Part shown: piece by piece, positions 63,466 to 63,956 of the stretch
How positions within the stretch are numbered: position 1 is the first letter of the stretch
Layout: each line of letters begins with the position of its first letter
NCBI RefSeq assembly: GCF_001194135.2
Contig: NC_068984.1
Location: 41,180,982 to 41,244,937, forward strand
Length of the DNA stretch: 63,956 bases
Origin: Octopus bimaculoides
Lineage: Eukaryota
Reading direction: 5' to 3'
Made by a program: the position numbers and the translations under genes
The notes under the pieces: generated by a model
What the model was told of the DNA's origin: nothing
Seen by the model: the letters and a program-made list of their open reading frames with translations, nothing else
Database searches by the model: none

Positions 63466-63956
63466 CACTATGAAATCAATACTTTGGGGCCAGCTAGTCT
63501 CTGTCATTACCCATCCCAACTAATTAAATATGTTCAACAACCATTCTTTTTTCTCTTCAACAACAGCAACTATCTACTCCTATCTCTCCCTCTTTCTTTT
63601 CCCTCACCTTTTCTTCACTCCTAATAACATTATACGATTCCCACATCCACATGTCTGGACTCATCCTTTCCTTGTCTTACTTCTTGACCGTTTTATTTCT
63701 TCAAACATTTGTATTTTTTTCTTCTTTTCTTCTGGCTTCACCATTCATTTCAACTCACGCCTACGGTGAGTTAACTTGAGAATTCTAAGTGACAGTACTA
63801 CCTTCATGTAAGTGAGGAATTCTCAGTCTGATGATTAGTTAAGCTGAGCACTCCTCATTGAGTAGTTATTTCATCAAAGGAGCATCTAGCTAAGAAACGT
63901 GTAGCCTGAATTTTACCCGTTCCACTCAATTTGTATATATATATATATATATATAT

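Overview
Eukaryotic, AT-rich and very repeat-dense draft-assembly DNA. It has 15 N-gaps (about 6.5 kb, ~10%), most of them flanked by microsatellites. The SINE families and microsatellite load look like an Octopus (coleoid cephalopod) scaffold; this is inferred from my recognition of the repeat families, not from a search. I could not identify any host protein-coding gene, and nearly all ORFs in the supplied track are microsatellite or N-gap artefacts. Supported content: at least four tRNA-derived SINE families, many with clear TSDs; a 5'-truncated, internally deleted R4/Dong-clade LINE (RT plus REL endonuclease) ending in (TAA)n; two RTE 3' fragments; CR1-group LINE relics; a near-complete Tigger/pogo transposon (DD32D); two DD37D (maT) relics; a mariner fragment; hAT-type ends and a hAT MITE; and Penelope-like non-coding repeats. 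The best leads are: (i) a minimal type-I hammerhead ribozyme with a non-canonical CUGUUGA core at 43.2 kb; (ii) an ~830-bp fold-back at 57.7-58.6 kb with a Penelope-like inverted-terminal layout; (iii) six copies of one SINE whose 13-17-bp TSDs all begin 5'-AAT on the sense strand (AAC at one copy's 3' TSD); (iv) a 550-bp ORF-less element bounded by (TAA)n beside the Dong LINE; (v) a possible head-to-head promoter at 51.65/52.29 kb with tentative small exons. I see no convincing evidence of a wholly new biological system; these are leads of moderate interest.
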